A stretch of DNA of 63,529 nt, filler included, from Gonapodya sp. JEL0774 (taxonomy: Eukaryota), in the NCBI GenBank assembly GCA_027604505.1. It is 19 parts of 19 records of this genome, joined end to end, with 100 filler letters (N's around TTAATTAATTAA, not from the genome) between each part and the next. Parts side by side here need not be neighbours in the genome. Positions count along the whole stretch, not along the records: positions 26,855 to 30,106 come from JADIIX010001380.1; positions 30,207 to 33,457 come from JADIIX010001381.1; positions 33,558 to 36,804 come from JADIIX010001382.1; positions 36,905 to 40,150 come from JADIIX010001383.1; 15 more parts are not named here. One strand, 5' to 3'. Positions 26,855-39,474 of this stretch are shown here, in pieces. The notes beneath the pieces were generated by a model. It worked only from the letters and a program-made list of their open reading frames with translations. It was not told where the DNA came from and searched no databases. The translations under genes were made by a program, and so were the position numbers. Positions within the stretch are counted from its first letter, which is position 1. Each line of letters begins with the position of its first letter.

Positions 26855-28822
26855 GGATTCCAAGCTGTGGCTTCAATAATTGCCTATGCTTCGGTGCGTA
26901 TTGGGAAACGAACGGGGCTTTCAGCGCAAACTGGATCAAATGTGTAACATGACTTTGGATTGATTGATCGAACTTGGACGATTGAGAGCCAGAGTTACGA
27001 GACCAACAAGAGGAGCACGTATGCACACTTGTGAAAAGATTCGTGCTTTTGAAATGGCTCTGAATGTGCGACAAATGATTCAGGACTAGTAATATCTGTG
27101 CCCAAGATCCCCCTTTGTCCGTGGCAACATCATCAGGATGAAGTCTCGTGATTTGCCTGAAACACGGAATACCTTTGGTCGTGGGGGTCTCTCCGCGGCA
27201 ACGGTCTGCTTTAGGAACTGTTTGCGGGGCTCAGACGGGCGGTTAATTGGCGACACGTCATCCGACACTTGAACAAAACTCACGGGATGCTGGAACCACT
27301 GAACCTCGAATGAGTGTTGTCTGAGATGAGGCCTGAACCATCCCTAACATCTTGTCCTGTCCAAATCCCGGAACTCTCGTCATCCCCCCCCAGTCGTCAA
27401 TCCTGATGACCGTCACAAACAAATTCGTTCTCTCCTCCTACAAATTTTCCATGAACTTCCTTTTTCTCGCAATCCAGGTTCGTAGACCTTTTAATATGCG
27501 GAAGTTCAATCAGGTGAAGGAGGGTGAACCCCTCTAAAAAGTCACTCACCATCTCCACATCAGTGCGGCGTCGTCGTACTCCTCCTCGCCCTTTTTCGAT
27601 CAATGGGACTCGTTACGCACCGGCCGTTTCGATTGACGGAAGCGAAGACATGTGAGTTAGTTGGGGCAGAGGAGGTGTCTAATCCAGCACCGAGTCGAGG
27701 AGAGCATAAGGGTGAAACGGCAAGCAGAAGCGAGTCATCGAATGTTGTCGATCGCAATTGAGTCAAGGAGCAGGAGAATAATCGATATTTTATATGATTC
27801 GAGGAGTTTTTTCCCTTCCAAGTACCATATCGATGTCCTCTTTGCTCACCATTCCTCCAGGGTTCCCCGTCTCCTTCCTTCTTTGCGCCATGATCTATAC
27901 TGGCGCAAAATCTCTCGCATACCTCTCCGTTCCACTCTTTACCGTATTCAAAAACACGACCATAATCGCCATCGCTTACGCCGAAAAATTCACGGGGCAC
28001 GGAAGCAGTGTATCTCCGCTGATGTTGCTTAGCTTTTTGATGATGGTGGGGAGCAGTGTGATCGCGGGATGGAGCCAGATATCAGATGAGCGAGGCGGTC
28101 TCAAGAGCGGAGAAGTGGGGTGGCAAGTTGCTTATGGGTGGATGCTGGCGAACTGCGTCACCACGGCCGCGTACAGTGTTGGCATGCGCGCTGTCCAAAG
28201 GACCGCAAAATTCAAAGACTTTGACACGGTCCTTTACAATAACGCGCTCGCCCTCCCCGTTCTCATCATCGCATCCCTTTTCCTCGAAGGCGATGGATGG
28301 TCCGCTATGCTTTCTCCAAACACTCCACCTCCTTCATCTGGATTGATTAACGTCATCGCCATATCGAGCGTCATGTCCTTCTTCATATCATATGCCAGTA
28401 GCTGGTGTGTCCGAGTGACGAGTAGCACCACGTTCAGTATGGTTGGAGCGTTGAACAAGTTGCCCATTGCGGTAGTAGGGATGTTGGTGTTCGATGATGC
28501 CACGAGTATGGCCCAGGTGGTGGGAGTGATCGTCGGTGAGTTCTGCGGGTCCTGTGATGGTGGCCCACTATTCTCACCCCGCTTTTCCCGAATGCCCCCG
28601 TTCTTCAAATAAGCCTTCGTTGCGGGTCTTGTCTACGCTCAAGCCAAGAACCTTCAAAACGCGGCCTCTCGACCACCTGTCACCAAAATCTCAGCACCGA
28701 ATCCCGATTCACTAGGACCACTGGGTGAAGAGAAGGCCCCGCTTTTAAATGTGGCCGTCTTTGAACAAAACGGCAACGGGAACGGCCATGGAGGAGTACT
28801 GTCTGGCAAGCCCAAGGAATAG
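26855..28822 (+). CDS. VRG4: Golgi GDP-mannose transporter, 5'-partial, multi-exon
   Basis: ASIIAYAS|SSILMTVTNKFVLS, MIYTGAKSLAYLSVPLFTVFKN, FKDFDTVLYNN, SSTTFSMVGALNKLP (GALNK motif). Confidence 0.93.
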
Positions 28823-29275
28823 CGTTGACCAAACTGTGGCGTTTGGTACGAACGTGCTACGCCGCTCTCTCACTGGCGACTTATCGCGGATGATTGAGAT
28901 CAAGCGTTTTCGTTAGCATCTGACACGTGTGCATTAGATACATACTCGGACTATAATATACATACCGATAGATACTGCTGATCATGGAGTTCATGCGCAA
29001 TTTAGTGACTAACCAACTGTACAAACCTCAGAACTCGTCGATCAGCGTGTCACCCATTTCGGGAAGTAACCGCTTATACAACGAGAAACAAGATATTTGA
29101 GACTATTGCTGAACTGTCCCCTAGTACGCTGATGAAGGAAGGTGTACTACCAAATGACAATGTCAATATGATATTGAATTATGACGAAAAACGGGATTAA
29201 TCCAACTTTCTAGATCGATTCTAACATTATGTCAATTTCCTCCCAAGAATATGTTTTTCAGGATCCATCTCTCCC

Positions 29276-30106
29276 CTATGTAACGAAACGATAGCTCAAC
29301 TTGTTATTTCCTCTGTCTTTGGTTGTCTTCTCATACTCCTCTTGCTGCTCCTTGGTGAGTGCATTCCACCTCCTCTCTCGGGAGGCGTTCACCCAATTAT
29401 AGTAGGTGGCTTGCACGAAATAGAGGACTAGGGCAGCTGCCGTGAGAGAGACGCAGATCTTGTTTCCGTAACGGAAGTATGGTTGATCCCATGATTCTGA
29501 GGGGTCGGAAGTAACGGTTTGAGATCTTGTTTTAGCGCTGATGGTGGACTTAAACAGTATCGTCAAACTCACGGTAGATCTGCGCGCCTGGTATGGCACA
29601 GAGATTGGCCGCTGCAATAATCATTCCCGAAGCCTGGAAGTTGATATCCACTTAAAGGTTGATCGCAGATAAAACTGTCAAGACCTCACTCACCACTGTC
29701 CGCTTGCCGATCGGGGCCATGTTAACCTGACTCCAAGCGACATTCAGAGCGTGTGGGAACGGATGTCCGCCAAGGAACATGAGCGCCAGATATCTCCAGG
29801 TCTTGTCTGTGGAGTCCGGAAGGAAAACAAGCAGTATCCATCCTGCAAGGTACCACGTGTAGGCAAAGATCCCGTGGGCTCCGCGGTGGCCAATGCGATC
29901 GGCGTTACGTATCAAAATGACCTGAGTGATGAAAGCTATTTCGAGTGTTATTTGTGGTGTTCATTATAAAATGACTAAAAACGCCGATTCCACTCACTCA
30001 GAAGGAATACAGGGGCCGTCAAAGCAGTCGAAGCATACACATTGAAACCATAGTTTCGGATGACGAGGGGAAGATAGGTGCGGAAAGGAGTCAGAGGCAT
30101 GAGACC
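29276..30106 (-). CDS. MFS transporter of the anion:cation symporter (Dal5/Tna1-like) type, C-terminal part
   Basis: ADRIGHRG, NVAWSQVNMAPIGKRTV, DQPYFRYGNK, YYNWVNASRERRW...DRGNNKLSYRFVT*. Confidence 0.85.
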
Positions 30107-30206
30107 NNNNNNNNNNNNNNNNNNNNNNNNNNNNNNNNNNNNNNNNNNNNTTAATTAATTAANNNNNNNNNNNNNNNNNNNNNNNNNNNNNNNNNNNNNN
30201 NNNNNN

Positions 30207-32855
30207 GTTCTCGTTTGCGGTAAAGTCGTTCGAATAGTAAAGAAGGACGGAAGGACTGCACCCGCGAGCTTGTGGCTCAAGGAGCGTTGGGTGGACATCA
30301 ACGTGAATGGCGAAGCACTTTCAGGCGATGATCGTGCAAAAGAGAGGATATATATGTGGGTTTTTGAAGAGATCAAAGAAAATAAAGTGACCTTGGTAGT
30401 AACGAGTCAGGTGAGTTTCGAATCCTAGTTTGGTCCTTGATTCGGTAGAAGAACCTTTTCTTATACTCGGAGCCGTCTATCTGGGTTCTAGGGAAAAATT
30501 CTATCGTCTGCTGGCGCCTCTGAGGAGATTTTTGGCTACACCGACGAGGAACTTCCTCTGAAACGCCTCTATGATCTTATCCCTGCTCTTCGTCCCGGTC
30601 CTGGCACTCCAGGGACTCCGTTAACGCCATCAACGTATTTCCACATACAAACCCCACCTGTGGTGGGCAATGGAGGTCCATTTAGTCTGGACGTCGTTGA
30701 AAAGCTCAAATTCTTCGGTGCTGTCACCCGTCAAGGTCTCACTGTCCCGGTGATCGCCAAAGTGCTCGACGATGTGGCTGCGAATGACATGGATGCAGAC
30801 CCGTTGACACCAAACTTCGCACCGATACCTTCAGGATCCAGTCGCATAGAGATCATCTCCATGCCCAACATTGCCGGTGTGATCACGGCAAACGGCGAAA
30901 CAGGAATAATCGAGTCGTGCAACACGGTTTTCGCAAAGTATCTGTTCGGCATTTCCTCAAAAGAGCTCGTGGGGAAGGCGAATATCATACAGCTGCTACC
31001 GCAGTTCTGGACGTTGGTGCAGAGAATGGCACAGGGTAGCGGAGCTGGGGAATCTGGCCCTCTTTCAGATAGCAACGGCCATGTGACCACAATTCGTTCG
31101 GCTTTCTCCAAGGACTATCCCGAATCGGCTGCAGGAACTCCTCTATCATATGTCCCGAACCCCTTCAATGGTTCCACGAGCTCTCTCCAGTATGACGGGT
31201 TTTCTGCAACATCAACACCAGCCGAGCACACTTCGTACTCTTCCCTGACTGAACATCCAGCTGTCAAGACCACCGGAGTGATTGCGTACCATCGTGACGG
31301 TACGCCCTTCAACGTGGATGTTCAAATTCGCTCCGTCCGAGAGAGATCGAGCAACGGAAGTCTTAAGGATGGTGTTCAGACACGCAACGGAGTAACATTT
31401 GCTTTGTGGATTACCTATGATAGATTCGTTGCGAACAAAGTTGCAGTGATCGTGAGGCATGCCATGGAACAGGAAAGGGTAAAGGAAGAAGGTCAGCTGC
31501 ACGGAGATCAGGACGCTCATCGGGGAAGTAGAGTAGCAGAGTTGAAGGTTTCCGATTCACCGGCGCTTGTGCGACGATCAAGCCTGAGATCGTCAGATTC
31601 GAAGAAACGAATGACTATATTGGATTATGAAGTTCAGGAAACGATCGGAGAAGGTGCTTATGGTTTCGTGAAACATGTGATTCGGATAGATGACCCATCG
31701 AAGGTGAATTGGCAATCAATTGGACAAAGAAACGTGTTCGACTCTTCTGATACAGAGACCACCTTCGTTATTCAGAAAGTGTACGTGCTCAAGTATGTGA
31801 TCAAGACCCGGATTCTTGTCGATACATGGGCCAAAGATCGAGAGCTCGGTATTGTCCCCCAAGAGATACATGTTCTCAACTACCTGCGAAAGCACCCTCA
31901 CCCGTGTATCTGCCGCATGACGGAATACTTCGAGGACGATGAGTACTACTACATCGAGATGGCAAGGCACGGTGTGGGAATGGATTTGTGAGTTTGTCTC
32001 GGGAACTTTGTTTAAAGCTGTGCCAAGTACAACTTTTGATTCCCACTCTCTGCAGATTTGACTATATCGAATACAATCAAAACATGAGCGAAGCGGAGAT
32101 CAAGCACGTGTTTCACCAGGTTGCCCTTGCCGTACAGCATCTCCATAAGCACAACATCGTACATCGCGATATCAAGGTGAAGCGAACCTGCGTTCTGCGA
32201 CCTGAGCACAAATTTGGCTAGAATGTTATCATTTCTCATCCAAGGACGAGAATATCATCCTCGACGAGCACAACAACGTCCAACTGATCGATTTCGGCTC
32301 AAGTGCTTATGCACGCGAAGGGAAGAAGTTTGATACGTTCTGTGGGACTTTGGACTACGCGGTGAGATTCTTCTTCCCTCCTTGCAGATAATTGCTGCCT
32401 GCATGATGCAGTACTGACTCACTCCTTGAAGGCCCCTGAGGTTCTGACCGGTCACAAATATGATGGCGCCCCGCAAGACATTTGGGCGTTAGGAATCCTT
32501 CTGTACACGCTCATTTACAAGGTTTGTAGCGAAATCGCAGGCACATTAGCCAGGATTCCAATAATGAAATGATCCTTCCCGCGTATATAGGAAAATCCGT
32601 ACTACAATATTGACGAAATTATCAGCAGAGCATTGCGCATTCCATACGTTGTCTCAAAAGGTACGTGTGATAAGCTTGGAATTCTCTCCTCCTCACTGCC
32701 GTTAAACAAGGTTTAATGGCTTTTCGACAGAGTCGCTCGACCTTATTCAATTCATCCTCAACCGGGACGTTCATACTCGACCAACGATTGACGAAGTGCT
32801 GGCGCACCCGTGGTTCCGCGCCAAGCCCAATCCTGATGCCAGTGCTACCCGATAG
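30207..32855 (+). CDS. PAS domain Ser/Thr kinase (PASK/Psk-like), 5'-partial, multi-exon
   Basis: PAS repeats (IESCNTVFAKYLFG; HRDGTPFNVDVQI) then a kinase domain: IGEGAYGFV, KYVIKTRILVDTW, GMDL|FDYIE, VHRDIK|DENI, IDFGSSAY, TFCGTLDYA|APE. Confidence 0.93.
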
Positions 32856-33557
32856 GTTCGTTTTATGAACATCTCGCTGCTTTCCATCTCACTTACCCTG
32901 TGTTGCCTCTGCCTCGAACACCCAATTGCATCAGGGATTCCGTTCCCGGACTGTTCGCGACCGCCTTCGTATGAAAATTGACCTAAGACTGACGAAGGTC
33001 TGAGCGCTGCCGCTTCTGCTGGGGTCGGGGAAGCTTGTCCACAATGAACAGTCCGGATTTTGGCGGTGCTCAGTTGAAATTCCCTCAGATCCACCATCAA
33101 CCGCCTATAATCACAACCATTTCGCCAGTTGTGACTCCTGATCTACCACCCATCACCTCCCCCAGACCAGTTCATTCACCGTTTGTGGCATCCTGTTCCC
33201 ATGAACTACTTTACATACTCACTCGTAGATAATATAAATAGCAAGCACATGTGAGATAGTTTTCCGTATGTTGATAATGTATGCGAAGTGATCGGCGATG
33301 GTGAGCAATCAATCCCACCGCAACCCAGCCTCTGATCAGTTTTCGCCAAAGAAATAAACCCAACGATACCCTCCAAGTTCAGAATCTATACCACTCTCAG
33401 GAACGGGTCAGCCCTCTTACTACACATTCAATCATTCGAGCGAGCTCAGAAGGCGTCNNNNNNNNNNNNNNNNNNNNNNNNNNNNNNNNNNNNNNNNNNN
33501 NTTAATTAATTAANNNNNNNNNNNNNNNNNNNNNNNNNNNNNNNNNNNNNNNNNNNN

Positions 33558-36122
33558 TAATACCATGCCGAGGAGCCATTCGACCGCGCTACGGAAACCA
33601 TAGAATGAAAATGAACGATGCAACACTACTTCGTCTTAAAAGTCCATCAACAGCATGGTGCCTCTCTCACCTTGCGAGTGGTGCACCGTCGACAGTCCCA
33701 GGAACCAACGGGCTCCATTTTGAGGGGTGGATTGCAGCAAAGAAGATGGAAGGAGGCAGGACAAGAATCACAGAGGAGAAGCGTGCCATCTGTTCCCGCA
33801 CAGGCTTCACAGTAGTCGACATTCAAAGCAGTCTAAGTGAATCCATTCCGATCGCATTAGACATTCGATACTTGGGAGTATTGCACAGCGACGCATTCCT
33901 ACCTTGACTTCGTCCTCGAGATCGCTGAAATTACCAGCGATGCGGTCATGACTTGCGGATCGGAAGGTATGTCTGCGTATCGGTCTTCGAACGTTGGCAC
34001 CAAATCTTCCCTGACTGTTGCGTGAAGATGGTTGTATAAACTTGGTTTGAATCTACTTGAGCTTCCAAATTCAAGCTCGCTTACCGTTCACTTCCATCCG
34101 ATTCCATATTGTACGCTACACCTTGCAAGGAAGACCGAATCAAGTCCACATCAAGGGCCGTCTCTACTTCCATTTTCAGAGCTTCGCTCGCGGAGACGCG
34201 TTTGAAAGGGTTATCGATTCCAGGTGCCTGAGAACCACTGGCCGTGCTAGAGGGGCGGCCAATTATTCCCGGAAAAACACCAAGGGTGTTGTGCTCTCTG
34301 TCCCCATGACCCGGTCGCGGGATTACTATCTTCTTATGTGATTTCTTTTCGTTGAGTTTGGGAGGCGGGGCTACTGGTGGGAGGCCGGTCCCTTCACATC
34401 CCATAGCAGTGTATCTGTTTGGCGGGTTTTCTGAGGAGTCACCGTCCAAAAGGTCCCCCGGCAGATCAAAATCTCTTTGAGCAAGTTGTGGAACGTTCCA
34501 CTCTACCCCAAGTGCTCCGCTTCCAGGTTCCTTAAGCGAAGGTTGATATCCGAGATCTGTCCCATCTGCACTGTCGGAATACTCGTCTCCAGACGCTGGA
34601 AGATCCGACACTCGTAATCGTTTGTTCAGAGGATCCGTTCTATCGAGAGCATTATCCTTCCGTTTGCGTGAGATCTGGACTGCGTCGGAATTCGTTTCGA
34701 AGAAGCCAGGAATTCCCTCTCCGTCGAGCACAGCCGCTCTTTCGCCAGAACCATTGACTTCCATTCGATCGTCGGACAACCGAACATGTCCAACATCATG
34801 CGCGACGGCTGAACCGATATGAGAAGACGGAGGAGTTGTTGCACCAGAAGGGAACATGGATCCAGGATTGGCGGGAGGTCTGATAATCAATCGTTTCGGT
34901 ACAAAGGGGGGGCTATGGAGGTCGAGATAGCGGACGGGGCCGCGAGAGGGTAGTGGAGACGATACACACAGATTAGTTAGGCGCGGTTCGATTTGAGAAA
35001 AAGTCCGAAGGAGGAATTGAAACAAGAATTGCCTCACCTTGGAATTGGAGGTGGGGGCAACACTTCGCCGTTCGATTGGGGGAGCTCCGGGAGGGTTGCA
35101 TCCCGGAACGCCGACGCACTGGCCCTTGTCGACCTCCCTCCAGTCGTGACCGCAGGCGGTGCCGTGACCGCATGAAGAGCTTTTCGCGTGAGCCTTCGGC
35201 CATTGTTTAGGACATCGTTTTGGGCCAGCTCCGCTGCTGGGTGACCACCGCGGAGGTCAACTTTCATAAGTTGGGCAAGTTCTCGGTCCGAGGCACGATT
35301 TCGGGGCCCACGCGGTTTCTTAGTCTGCATTGCTGGAGTTGCATCTACTGGAGTTGAGCTAGAAGAGCCCATTGACGTTGTTTGGATTGATATGTCGTTG
35401 ATAGGGGGTGGTGTGGCGAGCGGATTTGGAGTGGAGCGCGCTTCACTGATGTAGCTCAGGTCACTTAGTGAGGTAAGGCCAGAACTAGTTGTGCCATCGT
35501 CGGAAAGAGCTGTTGAGGTCTGTTCGCCGAGTGTTGGTCCGGATGGTTCCTGGACTTCGTCTGCAACCTGAGCAGACAGATCTTCCACTCTCACAGTACT
35601 ACCTGCCACAGATGCACCACCAGTGTCTAACATCTCTTCATCAGCATCGTCAGTCGGCGATGCTTCCCGACGAGGTTCAGAAGAATCATTGGTGCCCAAG
35701 ATGATGTGACCCACAGTGGGGTCGGTAACTTCACCTTCTCTGGTTAAATTTTCGGGCATGTTACTCAGAAACAGGAGACTGCCGGTGTCGATGGTTCGCA
35801 AATGATCCAGTGACGGCTCTAACGGTTGTTCAAAGGCTTCTGAGCTGCCTGAAGGCGATACTTCAGAGAGGAACTTATAGGGCGAGGAGCTGTTGTCTTC
35901 TTCAACAATTGTGTTGCTAGTGCCGTTAATTTGAGAGGATGCAGAGATCATGAAGCCGCTGCGCGCAGAATCGGAAGAGGAAGGGATTGACGACGGTCTG
36001 AAAACAGACAAGACGGAGGCAACGCCGGGGCCAAAGACAGATGTTCGGTTATAGTGTGAACTGATGGGGTGATTGCTGAGCGACTGACACTGTTTTCGAT
36101 CGAAATAGGTTGTTCGTGGCAA
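33558..36122 (-). CDS. PHD-finger chromatin protein (Rco1/PHF12-like) with a long disordered N-terminus, 3'-truncated
   Basis: An exon at ~33670-33835 reads NVDYCEACAGTDGTLLLCDSCPASFHLLCCNPPLKMEPVGSWDCRRC (C4HC3 PHD). It follows low-complexity ORFs at 35034-36122 and 34081-35037 on the same strand. Confidence 0.75.
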
Positions 36123-36904
36123 GATGTCGGCCCCTCAAAATCGTCGTCAAGTCGACCAGAAAACGCGCCGAGACGAGCACTGAGAGATGTAGATTTGGCA
36201 ATATGATCGAACGGGGTGTTCGCGCGAGGGATTCAGGCGCTGGAGCAGAGTTTCTGAGGGGACCTGTTGAGTTCGAGGCAAGCTGGTCGTCCAGCATTCA
36301 AGACTGAGCAGAAGAACACATAGCCAAGGCACTCTAAGTATTTCTTCGACTTGGAGAGGCAATCAAGGTGTTTCAAGCCCGTTTCCTGACTGTCGACGGT
36401 GGCTTTTCCGGGTCCGCCAATCAAGCGAAAAGGTGCTCCTCGCCTCGCCGAATCCGGAGAGTGCTCTCTCGTGATACTTTCTTTTGTTTGTGGGGTCTTA
36501 TGGGACTCACCTGTGTGTTCACTTCTACAGCGCCATGGCGTTTTGACCCAAACGGCGAGCGAGGACGAAGTTGGGAGCAACGCATGGTCAGCGAGATCAA
36601 TCAAGCAGTAAAGCAGCTCAAAATATACTCACCAGCAAAGGGCTCAATTATATCTGCGTGTTCGGCCACACTGCTCCACGGGGTCCGGTTGGAGGGCTTT
36701 GGGCTGGTGGCTCGCGGCCGGGTTTGGGAGGACCAGCACACCTTGGAAAACCACTGTGTTTTTAACGCAAGAGAAGGTTGTTTAGGAACGGATGGGTCGA
36801 ATAGNNNNNNNNNNNNNNNNNNNNNNNNNNNNNNNNNNNNNNNNNNNNTTAATTAATTAANNNNNNNNNNNNNNNNNNNNNNNNNNNNNNNNNNNNNNNN
36901 NNNN

Positions 36905-37730
36905 GTGCTGTCGGGTCGACAGACCTTCCAAATTTGCATGTCGCGAACGCCAAAGTAGTTCGCAGCTTCTTTCCCATGTGCAATTTTGAAAGCTCTGTCT
37001 GGTCGACAGACCTTCCATTTCTGCAAGACACGAATGTCAAAAATCCTTTGCTTCTCATTTCATAAATGCAAATTTTGAAGTACTGTCGGGTGGACAGGCC
37101 TTCCTAAGTTAGATGTCACGAAGATCCAAAGTCCGCTTCTTGTTACAGAAATACAAATTCAGAAGGCCTGTCGGGTAGACAGACCTTCACAATTAGCAAT
37201 GTATGAAGGTCTAGAGCCCTTTGCTTCTCGTTTCATATGTGCAATTCTAAAGCGCTGTCGGGTCGACAGACCCACAAAATTTGCAAGTTATGAAGAGCAA
37301 AAGCCATTTGCTTCTCGTTTCATATGTGCAATTCTAAAGAGCTGTCGGGTCTACAGACCCACAAAATTTGCAAGTTATGAAGAGCAAAAGCCATTTGCTT
37401 CTCGTTTCATATGTGCAATTCTAAAGAGCTGTCGGGTCGACAGACCCACAAAATTTGCAATTTATGAAGAGCAAAAGCCATTTGCTTCTCGTTTCGAGTG
37501 TGCAAATTCTAAAGAGCTTTCGAGTCGACAGACCCTCAAAATTTGCAAATTATGAAGGTCAAAAGCCCTTTGCTGCTGATCATATATGCACAAATTCTAA
37601 AGCGCTGTCGGGTCGACAGACCTTCAAAATTTGCAAGTTATGAAAGCCAAGAGCCCTACACTTCTCGTTTCATACATGCAAGTTCAGAAGCGCTGTCGGG
37701 TCGACAGGCCTTCAGAATCTACGTGTTTTG
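36905..37730. repeat. Array of 10 palindromic units, 85-88 bp period
   Basis: The core CTGTCG-GGT-CGACAG (or variants) starts at 36908, 36995, 37083, 37168, 37255, 37342, 37429, 37517, 37605 and 37693. The array runs off the contig end. Confidence 0.95.
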
Positions 37731-37899
37731 ATGAAAAAATTTCATGCAAAAATAAATACGTAAAATTTTGACCAGGGAATGGGTCTTGACGTGTGGTGCA
37801 GTGGGTTGTCCATTTGCTGCCGTGTGACAGGCATGTATTCGACTCTGCTGGGAGGATTTTCTTTTTCATTCACTCTGTGAAACGTTTCGTTGTTGAATA

Positions 37900-38215
37900 C
37901 ATGCGCATTCTTTTGCGCTGTCGACCCGACAGACCTTCAGAAATAGCACGTTTGGGTGCACTCAATATGCTTCAGGACAGAGTTGATATGTGCGATTTCT
38001 GGTGCTCTGTCGGGTGGACAGAGCCCCGGGAACACACATTTGAATGCTCTCTGAAATTTTGGAGAACGAGTAGAAAGATGCAAGTTCTGAAGCTCTGTCG
38101 ACCCGACAGACCTTCAAAAATTGCACACCAAGCAAGCAGAATAGGAGCGAGTGAACATTCCACGAGTGCAGTTTCTGAATTGCTGTCGGGCCGACAGCGC
38201 TTTCATTTGTGCACT
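37900..38215. repeat. Second array of 4 palindromic units with dissimilar spacers
   Basis: Cores at 37918, 38007, 38095 and 38183 (spacings 89, 88, 88). The central triplets are ACC, GGT, ACC and GGC. Confidence 0.88.
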
Positions 38216-39234
38216 GTTTTGTTTCTGAAGGAACAGAAGGCAAACACTGTTGCTAACCCTACATACAACTTCCCCAAACACCAACCATCCCCATCTTTAG
38301 AATCCGTGAGAGGACTCATGAATGGTCACACAGGGACCGTGGGTGTTGGTGAACAGGTCAACGAAACACAACACGGTCAGGGATCGGAGAAACGTGCAAG
38401 CAATCGCCATCAGCACCATTCGAACACAGTGCGAGCTCAATATGGGAACAATAGACGGGAGAATGGTCGATATTTGGTCGAATTACATCAGGGTGGAGGT
38501 GAGTGTGTTTGATGAACAAAGACATGTTCGACCCACATACTGGACTCTGGTTTGCTCTTCGCAGGCCCAGAATGTGTTTGCGAGCTTCCTTGGCTCTCAA
38601 ATAAGCGACCGCAACTGTTTTCAAGGCAGGACTTGTTGTCTCTCGAAGCAGTTATATCACCGAACGGTCCCCTCAAGTCTGCAAATTTCCCCTCATTCCC
38701 AACGTTTTTCTTCTTGAAACCATCACTGAAAGTCAAGAACAATGAAAACGTGCTCTGGGGTTGCCAAAGAAGACTGTGAATTGAACAGGAGTTGCTTGAG
38801 GTGAGTGGAACGGGTGGCAAGTACACGAGCATGGAACAGTGGATGCAGAAAGGAGCGCTGCACCTGTTGCCCCACTCACAAGCACTGCCAACTATGAGAG
38901 GAGCAGTGACAACTGTCATACCTCGGGTGTTGGTGGTTTCCATGAGGATGGTGTCATGGATGCAAGTGAAGTGAGCGGAACACCAATCTTCGAGCAAATG
39001 GGAGCGCAAAGAGTGTCAAAAGCACACGCATGTATCATGTATTGAGATGCTAACATCGGTCTTGTTCAAACTGTTGTGCCCAACTTTGTGGGATAGGATA
39101 TACTGTAGCCTAATGTTACGCAATTGTATACACACAGTCAGAATGATGGAAGCAATTCAGAAATACATGAACATCATCAAATTTGTTAGATTGAAACGTG
39201 GAGGACCTGTCCATTGGTTCATTCCTGGAAGTGC

Positions 39235-39370
39235 CGCTGTTTTCACGCTTCTGTCAACCCGACAGAGCATTGGTAATTGCAATTAAACTTCATGATCTTT
39301 TCGACTTTCAAATTGTAGAAGTGCAATTTTTGAATGTCTGTCAGCCCGACAGAGCAAAAATGTTGCCAAG
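39235..39370. repeat. Pair of inverted-orientation palindromic units upstream of the ParB-like gene
   Basis: CTGTCA-ACC-CGACAG at 39251 and CTGTCA-GCC-CGACAG at 39338, 87 bp apart. Confidence 0.8.
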
Positions 39371-39474
39371 TGCAGAAACACACGGCTGTTGATCAGCCAC
39401 ACACAGCACATCCCGAAGTCAAGTTTCCATCAGAGATATCCATTCAATACATTCCATCACAATCTGCAAACATC

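Noticed and set aside
36905..38215. Bona fide CRISPR array
   Set aside because: The context is eukaryotic and there are no cas genes. The repeats are degenerate and several spacers are near-identical duplicates.
37199..38512. Repeat-containing ORFs (CRVDRP motifs)
   Set aside because: They are translations of the DNA repeat. Unit lengths of 85, 88 and 89 bp break the frame, so the constraint is at DNA level.
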